NCBI GenBank assembly: GCA_010015805.1
Contig: ML978124.1
Span: forward strand, 2,046,001-2,110,000
From: Rhizodiscina lignyota
Taxonomy: Eukaryota
DNA: 64,000 nt
Direction of reading: 5' to 3'
The notes under the pieces are model-generated. The model was not told the origin of the DNA. It searched no databases and worked only from the letters and a program-made list of their open reading frames with translations. A program made the position numbers and the translations under genes. Of the stretch, positions 63,122 to 64,000 are shown one piece after another (position 1 is the first letter of the stretch; the number at the start of each line of letters is the position of its first letter).

Positions 63122-64000
63122 TCATAGTGCCACTAAGCCAACGATGCCAGCACCAATTCCTAGTCCAAGAACCTTTAAATAGGTTAGCGGAGCTATATAT
63201 CTTAACGAACACGAGAAACTTACCATCACACCAGTCGCTTCCGCCCTCACCGCATGCGCCGCTCCCGTTGATCCGCTACTCGCAGGCGTCGCGCTCGTCT
63301 GCGCACCAACAACTTTCGTTCCACTCAAGATCAAACTACTAGCCGTAGCCAGCGCGCCCGAGTTTGTGCTCCCTGCCGCTGTCACCGCGCTGGCCAGGCT
63401 GCTCAGCGGAAATGTCGCGCTATCGCTACTCGTGACGTGGAGGACGTTGCCCGCGCTGCTACAGAAACCCAGAGCACTGCTCAACAGGCCGGAGTCGCTT
63501 GGATCTGCTGTCTTTGCGTATACTGGGCAGCCGCTGAATGGGACATCGAAGGCTTGTGGTACCCAAATAAAAGAGTTCGAGTTCTTCAAGTCTGGGTCGT
63601 AGCACAGGCATTGGGCGAGATCGTTGTCGGAGATACTGTTGAAATCGGGGATGGCGGAAGAGCACGCTCTGATTGTCGCAGCGGCAACAGCACAGGCGTT
63701 GCACTGTGCATCATCGGAGGCGCAGGTAGTTGTTGAGATAGAGCTCGAGGAGGAGCCAGTATCAGTGTCGTTGTCGTTGTCGTTATCATCGGATTCGGTC
63801 TTCGTAGAACCCTTGACCGTCGTAGGCTTCGGAGTTATCGTTGCGCCGCCGGCAGTTGTCGCTGGTGCTGCTGACTGATTAGCTCGTTGGAAGGACAAAT
63901 TGAATGATAACAGATATAGCGTCGGCAACACGAATTGCGGATGAAGAAGTTCCTTACCGCCTGATCCACCCTTCGTGATCTTTGGAGTCGCTTTGTTGAA
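63122..64000 (-). CDS. Ser/Thr-rich, probably GPI-anchored protein with a 6-Cys extracellular domain; 5' end lies beyond the window
   Basis: C......C..AIP.F....LAQCLCY...FD...SGC..YAKT...GFC domain; C-terminal hydrophobic tail after an intron at ~63174-63222; upstream donor gtaagg near 63957. Confidence 0.75.
   Translation of the reverse strand, partial: FNKATPKITKGGSGGKELLHPQFVLPTLYLLSFNLSFQRANQSAAPATTAGGATITPKPTTVKGSTKTESDDNDNDNDTDTGSSSSSISTTTCASDDAQCNACAVAAATIRACSSAIPDFNSISDNDLAQCLCYDPDLKNSNSFIWVPQAFDVPFSGCPVYAKTADPSDSGLLSSALGFCSSAGNVLHVTSSDSATFPLSSLASAVTAAGSTNSGALATASSLILSGTKVVGAQTSATPASSGSTGAAHAVRAEATGVMVSFSCSLRYIAPLTYLKVLGLGIGAGIVGLVAL

Overview
Eukaryotic, intron-containing DNA from a filamentous ascomycete (Pezizomycotina; Dothideomycete-like is my impression only). 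Introns are short GT-AG with CTAAC/CTGAC branch points, so most ORF-track entries are partial exons or antisense shadows. I assembled about 21 spliced protein-coding genes by hand. The conserved genes are an ABC1/UbiB kinase, crz1, FMT1, a GRAM-VASt sterol transfer protein, an Atg38-like MIT protein, a short PI-PLC, NUP133, DRE2, GLR1, PTC5, RQC1, a P450 and two GPI-anchored proteins, plus one tRNA-Ser(AGA). Three stretches look accessory: tandem BTB genes plus degenerate repeats (1-7 kb), a HeLo-like/NACHT/ankyrin NLR plus S53 peptidase just downstream of the tRNA (17.2-25.6 kb), and orphan genes at 40.7-46.6 kb. The most interesting observations are: (1) a probable CUG-initiated mitochondrial presequence on glutathione reductase; (2) an orphan gene and a neighbouring 63-aa Cys-rich microprotein sharing a 24-aa motif with mostly synonymous divergence; (3) an NLR with recently duplicated 102-bp ankyrin units; (4) a PP2C carrying both a mitochondrial signal and a PTS1; (5) a P450 lacking the heme-motif Arg. 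All gene models are manual, with no expression data or database searches.
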